Both the position numbers and the translations under genes were made by a program. Shown in pieces: positions 1 to 10,622 of a stretch of 64,000 bases of DNA (position 1 is the stretch's first letter; every line of letters begins with the position of its first letter). The notes beneath the pieces were generated by a model. The model was not told the DNA's origin and did not search any database. It was given only the letters and a program-made list of their open reading frames with translations. The DNA comes from an uncultured Devosia sp. (GTDB lineage: Bacteria > Pseudomonadota > Alphaproteobacteria > Rhizobiales > Devosiaceae): positions 133,522 to 197,521 of the forward strand of contig CAUQDV010000003.1 in assembly GCA_963517015.1 (NCBI GenBank). Direction: 5' to 3'.

Positions 1-2620
1 CGGCGGCGTGGCTGGAATTGGCATTGGGGAAGTTGATCTTGCGGCCAAAGATCGTGGAAACGAAGCCATCCGCTTTCACGCGGCGGCGCTGGTCTTCCAT
101 ATAGTCCTTGATGCCGGGGAAACGCTCGAAATAGGTCTTGATATAGTCGCCGGCCACGCCGCGTTCGATACCCAGCTGATTGGCGAGGCCGAAGGCGGAA
201 ATGCCGTAGATGATGCCGAAATTGATCGCCTTGGCGCGGCGGCGCACGTCGCTCGGCATGCCTTCGACCGGCACGCCGAACATTTCCGACGCCGTCATGG
301 CGTGAATGTCGAGGCCTTCCTCGAACGCGTCCTTGAGCGCCTGGATATCGGCGATATGGGCGAGGACGCGGAGCTCGATCTGGGAATAATCCGCGGAGAT
401 CAGCATCTTGCCCGGCGCCGCGACGAAGGCGGTGCGGATCTTGCGGCCATCGGCGGTGCGGACCGGGATATTCTGCAGGTTCGGATCGTTGGACGAGAGA
501 CGCCCCGTGAGCACCGAATGCTGCGAATAGGTCGTGTGCACGCGGCCCGTGCGCTGGTTGATATATTCGGGCAGGGCGTTGGTATAGGTGCCGATCAGCT
601 TGTTGAGCTGGCGCCAGTCGACAATGGTGCGCGCAAGCGGCACGCCCTTGAGGGCGAGGTCTTCCAGGACATCGGCGCCGGTCGACCAGGCGCCGGTCTT
701 GGTCTTGGTGCCCCCTTCGAGCCCCATGCGGTCGAACAGGATTTCACCCAGCTGCTTGGGCGAGCCGAGATTGAAATTGGACCCGGCCAGCTCATAGGCC
801 TCGGCTTCGAGCGCCGCGGCGCGCTGGGCGAAATCACCTGAGAGACGGGCCAGGATCTGCCGGTCGACATTGATGCCGCGTGACTCCATTCGGCCCAGCA
901 CCGGCGCCAGCGGACGTTCCAGCGTCTCATAGACCGTGGTCATGTTCTCTGCGGCAAGGCGCGGCTTCAGAATCTGCCAGAGGCGCAGCGTCATGTCGCT
1001 GTCTTCGGCCGCATAATGGGCAGCCTTGGCCAGATCGACTTCGGCAAAGGTGATCTGCGACTTGCCGGTGCCGATGAGCTCCTTGATCGAGGTGCCGGGC
1101 ACGCCCAGCCAGTGATCGGCCAGATCGCCGAGCGTGTTGTATTGCGGACCATCGAGCGAATAACTCAGCAGCAGCGTGTCGTCGATCGCATTGACCGCAA
1201 TGTCATAGCGGCGGAGCAGGCCAAGGTCATACTTGGCATTGTGGAAGATCTTGAGGATCGCCTTCGACGCAAACATCGGGCGGACCATGTCGAGCGCCTG
1301 GCGGATATCCATCTGGCCCTCGACGAGCCCGCCACCCAGCAGGTCGCCGGCGCCACTGGTATGGCCGAGCGGCAGATAGGCGCCGGTGCCCGGAGCAATG
1401 GAGAAGCTGAGGCCGACGAGATCGGCGGTCTGGTTGTCGAGGCCGGTGGTTTCGGCGTCGGTCGCGACATAGCCGGTCATCTCGATGGCATCGAGCCAGC
1501 GCTGCAACTGCGTCGCGTCGCGGATGATCTCGTAGTCTTCCGCCTTGAAGGGAATGGCCTTGATGCGCGCATGTTCGGCGGCAGCATGCAGGATCAGCGG
1601 TGCCTCGGCCTTGCCCGAAGCTTCGTTACGCGCGGCGCGGGCTTCGGCGCGGGCCTCGTTGTTGAAGCCGATCGGTCCGGCCTGCTTGACCGCCAGTTCC
1701 GGATCGGGCGCCCAGGCCTCGGGGTCAGCGCCCAGGATGCCGGCGAGGCGCTTGGTGATGGTGGCAAATTCCATCGCCTTGAGGAAGGGGAAGAGCAGGC
1801 TCGGCTCTATCGGCTGGCGGGCCAGCGCGTCGAGATCGAGCTCGACCGGGACTTCCCTCGAAAGCGTCACCAGGCGCTTGGAAATGCGCGCCAGCTCCGC
1901 ATTGGCGATCAGCTTCTCGCGGCGGGCATTCTGCTTAATCTCGGTGGCCCGCTCGAGCAGGGTTTCGAGATCACCATAGGTATTGATCAGCTCGGCCGCG
2001 GTCTTGACGCCAATGCCCGGCACGCCGGGGACATTGTCGACCGTATCGCCGCACAGCGCCTGCACGTCGATCACCTTGTCGGGCGTCACGCCGAACTTGG
2101 TGAACACCTCGTCCATGCCGATCCAGCGCAGCGGCGGCTGCCCGGGGCGTGGGATGGTATCGAGCAGGCGGATGGAGCCGTTCGGCTCGACCAGCTGCAT
2201 CAGGTCCTTGTCGGAGGAGACGATGGTGACCTTGTAGCCGGCATCGCGCGCCATGCAGGCATAGGTGGCGATGATGTCATCGGCCTCCCAGCCTTCCATT
2301 TCGATGGAGGGGATGTTGAAGGCGCGGGTGGCCGACCGCGTCAGCGGGAACTGCGGCACCAGCTCTTCGGGCGCCGGCGGCCGCTGGGCCTTGTATTCGG
2401 GGTAGAAATCGTCGCGGAACGTCTTGCCCTTGGCGTCGAAGATGACGGCCATATGGGTCGGCTCGTCGTCGCCCTTGAGGTCTTCGGTCAGCTTGTAGAG
2501 CATGTTGCAGAAGCCCTGCACGCAGCCCACGGGCAATCCGTCCGACTTGCGGTTGAGCGGGGGCAGGGCATGGAAGGCGCGGAAGATGTAACCCGAGCCA
2601 TCGACGAGCAGCAGATGCAT
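1..2620 (-). CDS. polA: DNA polymerase I (3' end runs off window)
   Basis: Reverse strand from ATG at 2620 reads MHLLLVDGSGYIFRAFHALPPL (5'-3' exonuclease N-terminus); later YAAED (3'-5' exo) and DYSQIELR (polymerase motif A). Absent from the ORF track because the stop lies outside the window. Confidence 0.97.
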   Translation of the reverse strand, partial: MHLLLVDGSGYIFRAFHALPPLNRKSDGLPVGCVQGFCNMLYKLTEDLKGDDEPTHMAVIFDAKGKTFRDDFYPEYKAQRPPAPEELVPQFPLTRSATRAFNIPSIEMEGWEADDIIATYACMARDAGYKVTIVSSDKDLMQLVEPNGSIRLLDTIPRPGQPPLRWIGMDEVFTKFGVTPDKVIDVQALCGDTVDNVPGVPGIGVKTAAELINTYGDLETLLERATEIKQNARREKLIANAELARISKRLVTLSREVPVELDLDALARQPIEPSLLFPFLKAMEFATITKRLAGILGADPEAWAPDPELAVKQAGPIGFNNEARAEARAARNEASGKAEAPLILHAAAEHARIKAIPFKAEDYEIIRDATQLQRWLDAIEMTGYVATDAETTGLDNQTADLVGLSFSIAPGTGAYLPLGHTSGAGDLLGGGLVEGQMDIRQALDMVRPMFASKAILKIFHNAKYDLGLLRRYDIAVNAIDDTLLLSYSLDGPQYNTLGDLADHWLGVPGTSIKELIGTGKSQITFAEVDLAKAAHYAAEDSDMTLRLWQILKPRLAAENMTTVYETLERPLAPVLGRMESRGINVDRQILARLSGDFAQRAAALEAEAYELAGSNFNLGSPKQLGEILFDRMGLEGGTKTKTGAWSTGADVLEDLALKGVPLARTIVDWRQLNKLIGTYTNALPEYINQRTGRVHTTYSQHSVLTGRLSSNDPNLQNIPVRTADGRKIRTAFVAAPGKMLISADYSQIELRVLAHIADIQALKDAFEEGLDIHAMTASEMFGVPVEGMPSDVRRRAKAINFGIIYGISAFGLANQLGIERGVAGDYIKTYFERFPGIKDYMEDQRRRVKADGFVSTIFGRKINFPNANSSHAA

Positions 2621-2836
2621 GAAACCGATTCCGTTCTGAGGCGAGGCGCGACTTTAGGGCAGTTTGCCGCGGGCCAAAAGGGCTTGGATCGCAGCGACGG
2701 ATGCAACCAGCGCAATTAGGCCACGTTCAAGGGCTAAATGACTGTCACAAATCTTGGACACTGCGCTGGTGTCAGGCCGTGTCAGCAACTAGGAAAAGTC
2801 TGGGCAGAGGCCCGTGATGCGCGAGAAAGAAAAGCA

Positions 2837-3226
2837 ATGACCGCTGATGAGACCAAGGCCCGTTCGACCATCCTGGTTGTGGATGACGACGCGCTGATCA
2901 GCATGAATACCGTGGATATGGTCGAGGACCTGGGCCATGTCGCGCTGGAAGCCTTTTCCGGCAAGCAGGCGCTCGAAATCCTGTCTGCCAATCCCGATGT
3001 CAGCGCGCTTGTCACAGACTATGCCATGCCCGGCATGAATGGCGTGGAGCTAGCGCAGAAGGCGCGCGAACTGCGCCCCGGCCTGCCCGTCCTGCTCGCC
3101 ACCGGCTATGCCGACCTGCCGAGCGGCGAAGAGGTCGATCTGCCGCGCCTGCCCAAGCCCTATCAGCAGGCCGAACTGGCGGCCCAGCTCGAACTGATCC
3201 TGGCGCTGGCCACCGAAGCCTCCTGA
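2837..3226 (+). CDS. Single-domain response regulator (receiver)
   Basis: ILVVDDD, LVTDYAMPGMNG, LATGY, LPKPY receiver motifs. Confidence 0.9.
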   Translation: MTADETKARSTILVVDDDALISMNTVDMVEDLGHVALEAFSGKQALEILSANPDVSALVTDYAMPGMNGVELAQKARELRPGLPVLLATGYADLPSGEEVDLPRLPKPYQQAELAAQLELILALATEAS

Positions 3227-3287
3227 GGTTCTTGTTAACCGGCAGCTGTGCTAAGGCTGGGGTCCCGGCCTCAACAGCGTTGTTTTC

Positions 3288-4595
3288 ATGAATCCCCTTG
3301 TCGGCATTGCCCTGATCCTCCTGCTGATCGGGGTCAGCATCATCATCGCCCTGTCCGAAATCGCCTTTGCCGCGGCGCGCGAACTGCGCATCCGCTCGCT
3401 GGCCGAAGCCGGCAACAAGCGCGCCCTGCGCTTCGTGGCGCTGCGCGAAAAGTCCGGCGAGGTGATCACCGCACTCCAGATCGCCACCAATGCCGTGTCG
3501 ATCCTGGCTGGTACGCTCGGAGAGGACACGCTGGGGCCGGTGTTTGGCGCGGGCCTGCTGGCGCTGGGCGTCGAGGTGGGCGCGGCGCGGATTACCGGTT
3601 CGGTGCTGGCCTTCGTGCTGGTCACCGGGCTCTTCGTGCTGTTTGCCGACCTGACGCCCAAGCGCATCGCCATGCTGGTGCCCGAGGATGTGGCGCTGAG
3701 CGTGGTGTGGTTTCCCGAACTGGCGCTGCGCCTGCTCAAGCCCTTGGTCTGGCTGTTCGGCAAGATGTCCGACGGGCTGATCGGCATGCTGCAGCTCGAG
3801 CCAAAGGTGCCGGCCGACGCGGTGACCGCCGAGGATTTCCGCATGATCCTGGCCGGTGGCGCGGCCTCAGGCGTCTTGATGAAGAACGAGCACCGCCTGA
3901 TCGAAAATGTCCTGGCGCTCGAACTGCGCAGCGTCACCTCGGTGATGACCATCCGCGACGACATCGTCTATCTCGATATTTCCGATCCCCATGACATCCA
4001 GCAGGACAAGGTGCGCAAGCGCCCCTTTTCCCATTATCCGATCTGCGACGGCGGCATTGACGCAGTGATCGGCTGCGTCCGCGCCGAGGATGTGCTGGCA
4101 ACGGCGATCGACCGCAACGAGCCGCTCGATTTTGCCAAGGCCCGCCGCGACGTGCTCTCGGTGCCCGATACGCTCAATGTCTGGGAAGTGCTGGCCGAGT
4201 TCCAGGCCCAGAGTACCGGCTTTGCCCTGGTGGTCAGCGAATACGCGCTGGTGGTGGGCGTCGTGACCTTCAAGGACCTGATGGGCGCGCTGATGCAGGG
4301 CCTCGCCAATCCTTTCGAGGAACAGGCTATATTGAAGCGCGACGACAACAGCTGGCTGGTCGATGGCATGGCGCCCTTTGTCGACGTGACGCGGGCGCTG
4401 GGCATTCGTCATCTGGAAGCCGAGGCCGCCTATGAGACCATCGGCGGCTTCATCGTGCATCGCTTGCGCCGTGCCGCCCGCAAAGGCGACAAGGTCGAGG
4501 CGGCCGGCTATGTCTTCGAAGTGGTCGATGCCGACAAGATGCGGCTCAACCAGCTGCTGGTCAGCAAGGCCAAGTCCTCAAAGTCCGGGCTTTAA
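3288..4595 (+). CDS. Hemolysin-family / CNNM (DUF21-CBS-CorC_HlyC) membrane protein
   Basis: N-terminal TM region (SEIAF, LFADLTPKRIA), CBS pair (FSHYPI) and C-terminal CorC-like domain (WLVDG, YETIGG). Confidence 0.9.
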   Translation: MNPLVGIALILLLIGVSIIIALSEIAFAAARELRIRSLAEAGNKRALRFVALREKSGEVITALQIATNAVSILAGTLGEDTLGPVFGAGLLALGVEVGAARITGSVLAFVLVTGLFVLFADLTPKRIAMLVPEDVALSVVWFPELALRLLKPLVWLFGKMSDGLIGMLQLEPKVPADAVTAEDFRMILAGGAASGVLMKNEHRLIENVLALELRSVTSVMTIRDDIVYLDISDPHDIQQDKVRKRPFSHYPICDGGIDAVIGCVRAEDVLATAIDRNEPLDFAKARRDVLSVPDTLNVWEVLAEFQAQSTGFALVVSEYALVVGVVTFKDLMGALMQGLANPFEEQAILKRDDNSWLVDGMAPFVDVTRALGIRHLEAEAAYETIGGFIVHRLRRAARKGDKVEAAGYVFEVVDADKMRLNQLLVSKAKSSKSGL

Positions 4596-5563
4596 GCCGC
4601 TTTCTCCACTTCGATCGTCACATGCGACAGGTCATGGATATGGGCCAGCATGGCGCGATAGGCCGAAGGCTGCTGCGGCTGCCGCGCCATGATCGAGACG
4701 ATGGCTCCGTGATGGCCGGGGCCGAGCTGCCAGACATGAAGATCGGTAATCCTGTCGCCATCCTGCTCGATCGCCGTGCGGATTTCCTTCGGTAGCTCTT
4801 CGCTGGCCGGCACATAATCGACCAGCACGCCACCGGCATTGCGGATCAATCCCCATGACCAGCGCGCAATGACGAGACCGCCGACAATCCCCATGGCCGG
4901 GTCCATCCAGTTCCAGCCATAAAGGCTGCCCAGCACCAGCGCGACAATGGCCAGCACCGAGGTCAGCGCATCGGCAAGCACGTGGAGATAGGCGGCGCGG
5001 AGATTGTTGTCCTGCGCCGGCGCATGGTGGTCATGGTGCTCGTGATCGTGCCCATGCGGATGGGCATGGCCGTGTCCATGGTGGTGTCCATGGTGCCCGT
5101 GATGGCTATGGTCGTCGCGCAATAGCCAGGCGCAGAGCAGGTTCACCGCCAGGCCAACCACGGCCACGGCAATGGCCGAGGTAAAATCGATGGCCACCGG
5201 GTTGGAGAAGCGCAGCAGGCTTTCCCAGCCGATCAGCAGGGCAATCAGCGCCAGTACCACGGCACTGGCAAAGGCCGCCAGGTCGCCCAGCTTGCCGGTG
5301 CCGAAAGTGAAGCGCGGATTGCGCGCGTGCTTGCGGGCATAGCGATAGGCCAGTGCCGCGATCAGCATGGCCGAGGCATGGGTGGACATGTGCCAGCCAT
5401 CGGCGACCAGCGCCATCGACCCGAAGATCGAGCCAGCCGTGATCTCCACCACCATCATCGCGGCGGTAATGGCGATGACCAGCCAGGTGCGGCGCTCGTT
5501 GCGGTTGTGATTATCACCCAGAAAGACATGCTCATGCGGGCTGGCGAGGCGGGTGTCGCTCAT
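4592..5563 (-). CDS. dmeF: CDF-family Co(II)/Ni(II) efflux transporter
   Basis: SMALVADGWHM, FTFGTGK, long His-rich loop, NLRAAYLHVLADALTS; directly downstream of an RcnR/CsoR-family gene. Confidence 0.93.
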   Translation of the reverse strand: MSDTRLASPHEHVFLGDNHNRNERRTWLVIAITAAMMVVEITAGSIFGSMALVADGWHMSTHASAMLIAALAYRYARKHARNPRFTFGTGKLGDLAAFASAVVLALIALLIGWESLLRFSNPVAIDFTSAIAVAVVGLAVNLLCAWLLRDDHSHHGHHGHHHGHGHAHPHGHDHEHHDHHAPAQDNNLRAAYLHVLADALTSVLAIVALVLGSLYGWNWMDPAMGIVGGLVIARWSWGLIRNAGGVLVDYVPASEELPKEIRTAIEQDGDRITDLHVWQLGPGHHGAIVSIMARQPQQPSAYRAMLAHIHDLSHVTIEVEKAA

Positions 5564-5838
5564 TTGAGGTAGGTCCTGACAATGTCGATGAGTTCGGCCG
5601 CGCCCTGGGCGCGCTCCGGGTTGTCGTCCTGGTCGGGGTTGGAGACATGCTCGCGGATATGATCCTCGATCAGCTCGGCGGTGAGCCCGTTGACCGCGCC
5701 GCGCACCGAAGCGACCTGGTTGAGAACCTGGCCGCATGGCGCTTCGCTTTCGAGCGAGCGCTCGATCGCCTCGATCTGCCCCTTGAGCCGCCGGACCCGG
5801 GCCAGCAGCTTGTCTTTGTGCTTGTGTGTATGTGACAT
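5560..5838 (-). CDS. dmeR: RcnR/CsoR/FrmR-family metal-sensing repressor
   Basis: MSHT...LLARVRRLKGQIEAI...C...VLNQVASVRGA...EDHIREH; 4-bp overlap with dmeF. Confidence 0.9.
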   Translation of the reverse strand: MSHTHKHKDKLLARVRRLKGQIEAIERSLESEAPCGQVLNQVASVRGAVNGLTAELIEDHIREHVSNPDQDDNPERAQGAAELIDIVRTYLK

Positions 5839-5839
5839 A

Positions 5840-5860
5840 ATATAGGGGGGTACCCTATAT
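5840..5860. promoter_or_regulatory. DmeR operator (inverted repeat around a G/C tract)
   Basis: ATATAGGG-GGGTA-CCCTATAT immediately upstream of the dmeR ATG; minus strand reads ATAGGGTACCCCCCTAT, the form known for rhizobial dmeRF promoters. Confidence 0.85.
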
Positions 5861-5932
5861 TTGAGCGTTGTGCAAGGCTGGTGGCTCCCGGGCATTCACG
5901 GATCTGTCACACGCCGGGCGCTATTGGGAGCC

Positions 5933-6598
5933 ATGATACAAGGCCCGACCCAGCACAGATTGCGGACAGCCTGCGAGGATCTGCTGCGCGCGGCGCAGCA
6001 TCCCGACGAGGTGACCGTGCGCTCCATCGCCCAGCGCGCTGGCACCAATGTCGCGGCAGTGTCCTATCATTTTGGCAGCCTCGAACAGCTGATCTTCGTC
6101 GTGGCCGAAAAGGTCTACCTCCGGCTCAATGCCGAGCGTCTCGCTCTGCTGCAGGCGGCCGTGCAGCGCGCCCATCCCAAGCCGGCTTCGGTGGAAGACC
6201 TGATCGTGGCCCTGGTCGGGCCTTCGATCCGCTGGAGTCTTGATCCGGCTTCGAACTACAATGTCATGCGCCACATGACGACCCTGGCGCAGTCCAGCGA
6301 TCATCCGGAAATCTTCCGGCCGATGATCGAGGATATTGAACACCACCGCCAGTTCATCCCCCATTTCAGGAAGATCGCGCCCGGACTGAGCGAAGTCGAT
6401 ATCGGCTTTCGCATGTCCTGCCTGCTCGGGGTGCGGACGCAGATGACGCGCAATCGCCACCGCACCGACGAGTTGACCGACCACGCGCTCGATCTGAAGG
6501 ATTCCGAAGTGGTCATCGCCCATGTCGTTGCGGCAACGGCGCCGATGTTCACGACGCCCACGGTTTCAAACACTGTTCCAAACTCGTCACGTCACTGA
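5933..6598 (+). CDS. TetR-family transcriptional regulator
   Basis: VTVRSIAQRAGTNVAAVSYHFGSLEQL helix-turn-helix. Confidence 0.88.
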   Translation: MIQGPTQHRLRTACEDLLRAAQHPDEVTVRSIAQRAGTNVAAVSYHFGSLEQLIFVVAEKVYLRLNAERLALLQAAVQRAHPKPASVEDLIVALVGPSIRWSLDPASNYNVMRHMTTLAQSSDHPEIFRPMIEDIEHHRQFIPHFRKIAPGLSEVDIGFRMSCLLGVRTQMTRNRHRTDELTDHALDLKDSEVVIAHVVAATAPMFTTPTVSNTVPNSSRH

Positions 6599-6641
6599 CG
6601 AGCAAGACGTCTAGATCAGCTCCCGACACAGGAGCACGACC

Positions 6642-7496
6642 ATGGCCGAAACCGTTTTCATTCATCTGACCGATCTGCATGTCGGCAATCCGGCTGTCGC
6701 CGACGACCACCTGTTCAGCGACACCTCGGCGACGCTTGCCCGCGTGCTCGACCTGATCGGCACCATGGATACTAGGCCGCAATTCATCATCGCCAGCGGC
6801 GACCTGACCAATCGCGGCGATGTCGACAGCTATCGCCAGCTCAAGGCCATCATGTCGGCAACCGACCTGCCGGTGGTCTATGCCATCGGCAATCACGATA
6901 CCCGCGCCGGCTTCTACGAAGGCATGCTGGGCCGCACCAGCGACCTCGACGTCCCCTATGATCATGACCAGGTGATCGAGGGCGTCCATGTCATCACGCT
7001 CGATACCACCACGCCCGGCGAAATCGGCGGCAGTCTCGATGAGCAGCAGTTCGCCTGGCTTGAAGCCCGGCTCGAAGACCACGCCGACCTGCCCAAGCTG
7101 ATCGTGGCCCACCACGCTCCGGCGCTGGGCGATACCCCGCCCTGGGACCACTGGCGCACGATCGAATTCTCCCAGAGCCAGAAGCTCGCCACGCTGCTCA
7201 AGGGCCGCAATGTCCTGGCGATCCTCTCCGGTCATATCCACCACGACCGGTTCTCGGTCTGGCATGGCATTCCGGTCATTGTCGGCATGGGCCAGCATGC
7301 GGCGACCGACATCCTGACCACCAACGTCCTGCGCATGGTCGAAGGCGCGTCCTTCGGCATCGGCACCATCCGCTCTTCGGGCCTCACCATGGCTCTTGTG
7401 CCCCTGCCTCAGACCCGCAACGAACTCAATCGCTACGACCTCTCGCTGCTGCGCCAGAAGCAGGAAGCAACTCTGGCCGAAGCGACCGCCGGCTAA
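6642..7496 (+). CDS. Metallophosphoesterase (CpdA/GpdQ-like)
   Basis: DLH, GDL, GNHD, HH, GHIH calcineurin-like metal-binding motifs. Confidence 0.92.
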   Translation: MAETVFIHLTDLHVGNPAVADDHLFSDTSATLARVLDLIGTMDTRPQFIIASGDLTNRGDVDSYRQLKAIMSATDLPVVYAIGNHDTRAGFYEGMLGRTSDLDVPYDHDQVIEGVHVITLDTTTPGEIGGSLDEQQFAWLEARLEDHADLPKLIVAHHAPALGDTPPWDHWRTIEFSQSQKLATLLKGRNVLAILSGHIHHDRFSVWHGIPVIVGMGQHAATDILTTNVLRMVEGASFGIGTIRSSGLTMALVPLPQTRNELNRYDLSLLRQKQEATLAEATAG

Positions 7497-7518
7497 TCCC
7501 TCCCCAAGGACCAATGCA

Positions 7519-8817
7519 ATGCTGAAACGGACTTTCCTGAAACTGCTGGCTGCGGCCAGCCTGGGTGCCACCGCCATGACCGGCCTGGCCCATGCCGAAA
7601 TGGCGGGCGAGATCACCGAGCCGGTGACCATCACCTTCTACAATTACAACCTCGCAACCGCGAGCGCCGGCGCCGATGCAACGCGCGAAATGATCGCCAA
7701 GTTCGAGGAAGAAAACCCGCTGATCACGGTAGAAACCGTTGGCGTCCCCTCCAACGAAATTATCACCCGTCTCCAGGCCGACATGGCCGCCGGTCTTCAG
7801 CCCGACGTTGCCCAGCTTGTCTTCCGCGACCTGATCTACCTGTCGACTGATCTGGGTGCCCAGCCGCTCGAAGACCTCGCCGGCGCGCAAGGCTATGCCG
7901 AACTGGTCGATGGCCTCATCCCGCGCGGCGTGGATCTGGGCAAGGTTGACGACAAGACCTATGGCCTGGCCTATACCTTCTCGACCCCAATCCTCTATTA
8001 CAATGCGGACCTGTTCCGCCAAGCCGGTCTCGACCCGGAAAACCCGCCCAGGACCTGGGCCGAGGTCAAGACGGCGGCCGAGGCGATCGTCGAAAAGACC
8101 GATGCCGACGGCTTCTTCCCCGGCGCCTATGGCCCCGCCGACGGCACCTTCGTCTATCAGGGCATCCTGATGTCCAATGGCGGCAATGTCCGCGAAGGCA
8201 ACACGCTGACCTTCGCCAATGACGAGGGCATCGAGGCCGTGCAGATGCTGCGCGACATGGTCGATAGCGGTGCCCATGCCCGCCTCGATCCGGCCAATCC
8301 GCAGGAAGCTTTCGGCGCGGGCAATCTGGGCATGTATCTTTACACCAGCGCCCTGCAGAACTCGCTGTCCGCCTCAGCCGAAGGCAATTGGGAACTGCGC
8401 GTCACCGGCATGCCGGCCTTCGGCGACAAGCCGACGGCTCCGACCAACTCGGGCTCGGCGCTCTATGCCTTCTCCCAAGACCCGGTCAAGCAGCGCGCCG
8501 CCTATGAGCTGATGAAGTTCCTCACCTCGGACTATGGCTACACCATCATCACCTCCAAGATTGGCTACCTGCCGCTGCGCCTCGACATTGTCGACGATCC
8601 GGAATTCCTTGGTGAATGGACTGCCGCCCATCCGCTGATCCGTCCGAACCTGGAACAGCTCGAACGCCTCACCCCCAATGTTGCCTTCCCCGGCCAGAAC
8701 TATCGCCAGGCCGAAGCCATGATGAAGGAAGCCGTCACCGAAGCCGTCCTCGGCACCGGTGACGTCACGCAGACCCTGCTCGATGCGCAGGCCAATGCCC
8801 AGGGCCTGATGCCCTGA
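7519..8817 (+). CDS. ABC transporter substrate-binding protein (UgpB/CUT1-like)
   Basis: KRTFLK Tat-like signal; STPILYYNADLF, PPRTW, GYLP motifs; in an ABC operon. Confidence 0.9.
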   Translation: MLKRTFLKLLAAASLGATAMTGLAHAEMAGEITEPVTITFYNYNLATASAGADATREMIAKFEEENPLITVETVGVPSNEIITRLQADMAAGLQPDVAQLVFRDLIYLSTDLGAQPLEDLAGAQGYAELVDGLIPRGVDLGKVDDKTYGLAYTFSTPILYYNADLFRQAGLDPENPPRTWAEVKTAAEAIVEKTDADGFFPGAYGPADGTFVYQGILMSNGGNVREGNTLTFANDEGIEAVQMLRDMVDSGAHARLDPANPQEAFGAGNLGMYLYTSALQNSLSASAEGNWELRVTGMPAFGDKPTAPTNSGSALYAFSQDPVKQRAAYELMKFLTSDYGYTIITSKIGYLPLRLDIVDDPEFLGEWTAAHPLIRPNLEQLERLTPNVAFPGQNYRQAEAMMKEAVTEAVLGTGDVTQTLLDAQANAQGLMP

Positions 8818-8899
8818 TCGCGATCGGGCGCGGCCAATGGGTCGCGCCCCCTTCGCCCTCCGCAATTTTCAAAAAACCAAGAACACTCTGGAGGCCGCC

Positions 8900-9634
8900 A
8901 TGCCATTGGTTGCGCCGCGTCACTGGCCCCTGCCTGACACTCACAACATTCGCGACCTGGGCGGCTATCGCCGGCTGACCGGCGGCATGACGCAATGGCG
9001 TCGCATCCTGCGTGGTGAAGCCCTCCATCCGCTGACGGCACAAAGCATGACCGAGCTGATTGGTCACGACCTCTCGCTGGTGATCGACCTTCGCGGACCC
9101 CACGAGACCACGGTCACGCCTCACCCGTTTGTCGGCCATGCCAAGGTCCAGTACCGCAATGTCGTGCTGTTCGACGCGCTGGCGCCCATTGCTCTCGCTC
9201 AACAACCCTTCGACATGGGGCGGCGCTATTGCGATGCCCTGGATCGCTGCGGCGAACAGTTCGGTGACGTATTCCGCGCCATCGCCAATGCCCGGCCCGG
9301 CATCGTCCTGTTTCACTGCACGGCCGGCAAGGATCGCACCGGCGTCGTCGCGGCGATGCTTCTGGCCCTGGCCGGTGTGTCCCGCGAGGACATCGTCGAA
9401 GACTATGCGCTGACCGCTTCCGCCCAAGGCCTGATCGACCAGCTCCGCCTGCGGGCCCTGGCGGCCGGCAGCAAGCCCGAACATGTCGAACGCATGCTGG
9501 CCAGCGACGCGGTCACCATGGAGACCTTCCTCGCCTATCTCGACGGCACCCATGGCGGCATCGTGCCCTATCTCGAAAAGATCGGCCTCGGCCAGTCCGA
9601 GCAGCAGATGCTGACCGACCGGCTATGCGCCTGA
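8900..9634 (+). CDS. Protein-tyrosine-phosphatase-fold phosphatase (IphP/MptpB-like)
   Basis: NIRDLGGY, VIDLR and the HCTAGKDRTG (CX5R) P-loop; GGAGG RBS before the ATG. Confidence 0.92.
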   Translation: MPLVAPRHWPLPDTHNIRDLGGYRRLTGGMTQWRRILRGEALHPLTAQSMTELIGHDLSLVIDLRGPHETTVTPHPFVGHAKVQYRNVVLFDALAPIALAQQPFDMGRRYCDALDRCGEQFGDVFRAIANARPGIVLFHCTAGKDRTGVVAAMLLALAGVSREDIVEDYALTASAQGLIDQLRLRALAAGSKPEHVERMLASDAVTMETFLAYLDGTHGGIVPYLEKIGLGQSEQQMLTDRLCA

Positions 9635-9701
9635 TGCGGCGTTCACACGTTTGTCACGCAGCGGTGACAGGGCGACCCAATCCATTTTGAAGGAACGCGC
9701 A

Positions 9702-10622
9702 ATGGCACTGGCAGCCCAGCCCCCCACACGTCTCCGACGGATGTCCCAGTCCCGCTGGGCCCCCTGGATCTATCTGGCGCCGGCCCTGATCACCCTCGTG
9801 GTCTGGATCTACTGGCCTCTGGTCGACGCCCTGCGGCTGAGCTTTTACCAGTGGAACATGCTGCCCACCTCGCCGCAGACCTTTGTCGGTTGGGAGAACT
9901 ACCAGCGCATCTTTGCGCTGCCCAAATTCTGGCAGGCCCTGCGCAATACCGGCATCTACATCCTGGGGCTGCTGCCGCTGGCCGTGCTGATCCCGCTGGC
10001 CATCGCCATCTATACCCATGACCTCCCCGAACGGTCGCGCAACATCTATCGCGCCATCATCTTCGTGCCGATGATCATCGCCCCCGTCGTGGCCGCTGCC
10101 GTCTGGCGCTGGCTGCTCGATCCCGGCTATGGCCTCGCCAACCAGATGCTCAAGGGCATGGGGCTCGACCCGGTCAAGTTCCTGTCCGATCCCAATGTCG
10201 CCATCTGGACGGTCATCGTCATCACCGGCTGGAAGCTGATGGGGTTTTCGACGCTGATCCTGTCGGCCGCCAATGCCAATATCAATCCCACTCTGGTAGA
10301 GGCCGCCCGCATGGACGGCGCCAGCAAGTGGGAAATCATCCGCGACATTCGCCTGCCGCTCCTTTCCTCCACCGTGCTGTTTCTCGTGGTCATGACCATC
10401 CTGCTCGGGGCGCAGTGGAGCTTCACCTATATCAACGTCCTCACCGGCGGCGGGCCGCTCGGCTCCACCACCAATATCTACTATCTGCTCTGGGATTTCG
10501 GCTTCTCCACCATGTCCGTGGGCTGGGGCTCGGCCTCGGCGGTCATCCTTTTCCTTGGCTTCGGCGTCATAGCCTTCGTGCTGTTCCGCCTGATCGACAG
10601 GTATTCATTCCATGACAACTGA
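9702..10622 (+). CDS. ABC permease (UgpA-like)
   Basis: FVGWENY, EAARMDGA (EAA motif), TGGGP. Confidence 0.92.
   Translation: MALAAQPPTRLRRMSQSRWAPWIYLAPALITLVVWIYWPLVDALRLSFYQWNMLPTSPQTFVGWENYQRIFALPKFWQALRNTGIYILGLLPLAVLIPLAIAIYTHDLPERSRNIYRAIIFVPMIIAPVVAAAVWRWLLDPGYGLANQMLKGMGLDPVKFLSDPNVAIWTVIVITGWKLMGFSTLILSAANANINPTLVEAARMDGASKWEIIRDIRLPLLSSTVLFLVVMTILLGAQWSFTYINVLTGGGPLGSTTNIYYLLWDFGFSTMSVGWGSASAVILFLGFGVIAFVLFRLIDRYSFHDN

Noticed and set aside
8..2719. Long plus-strand ORFs (277 aa and 567 aa)
   Set aside because: Antisense shadows of polA caused by high-GC codon bias; no protein motifs.
5020..5115. Low-complexity (CAT/CAC/GGN) repeat tract
   Set aside because: Encodes the normal His-rich loop of DmeF; not a DNA repeat element.
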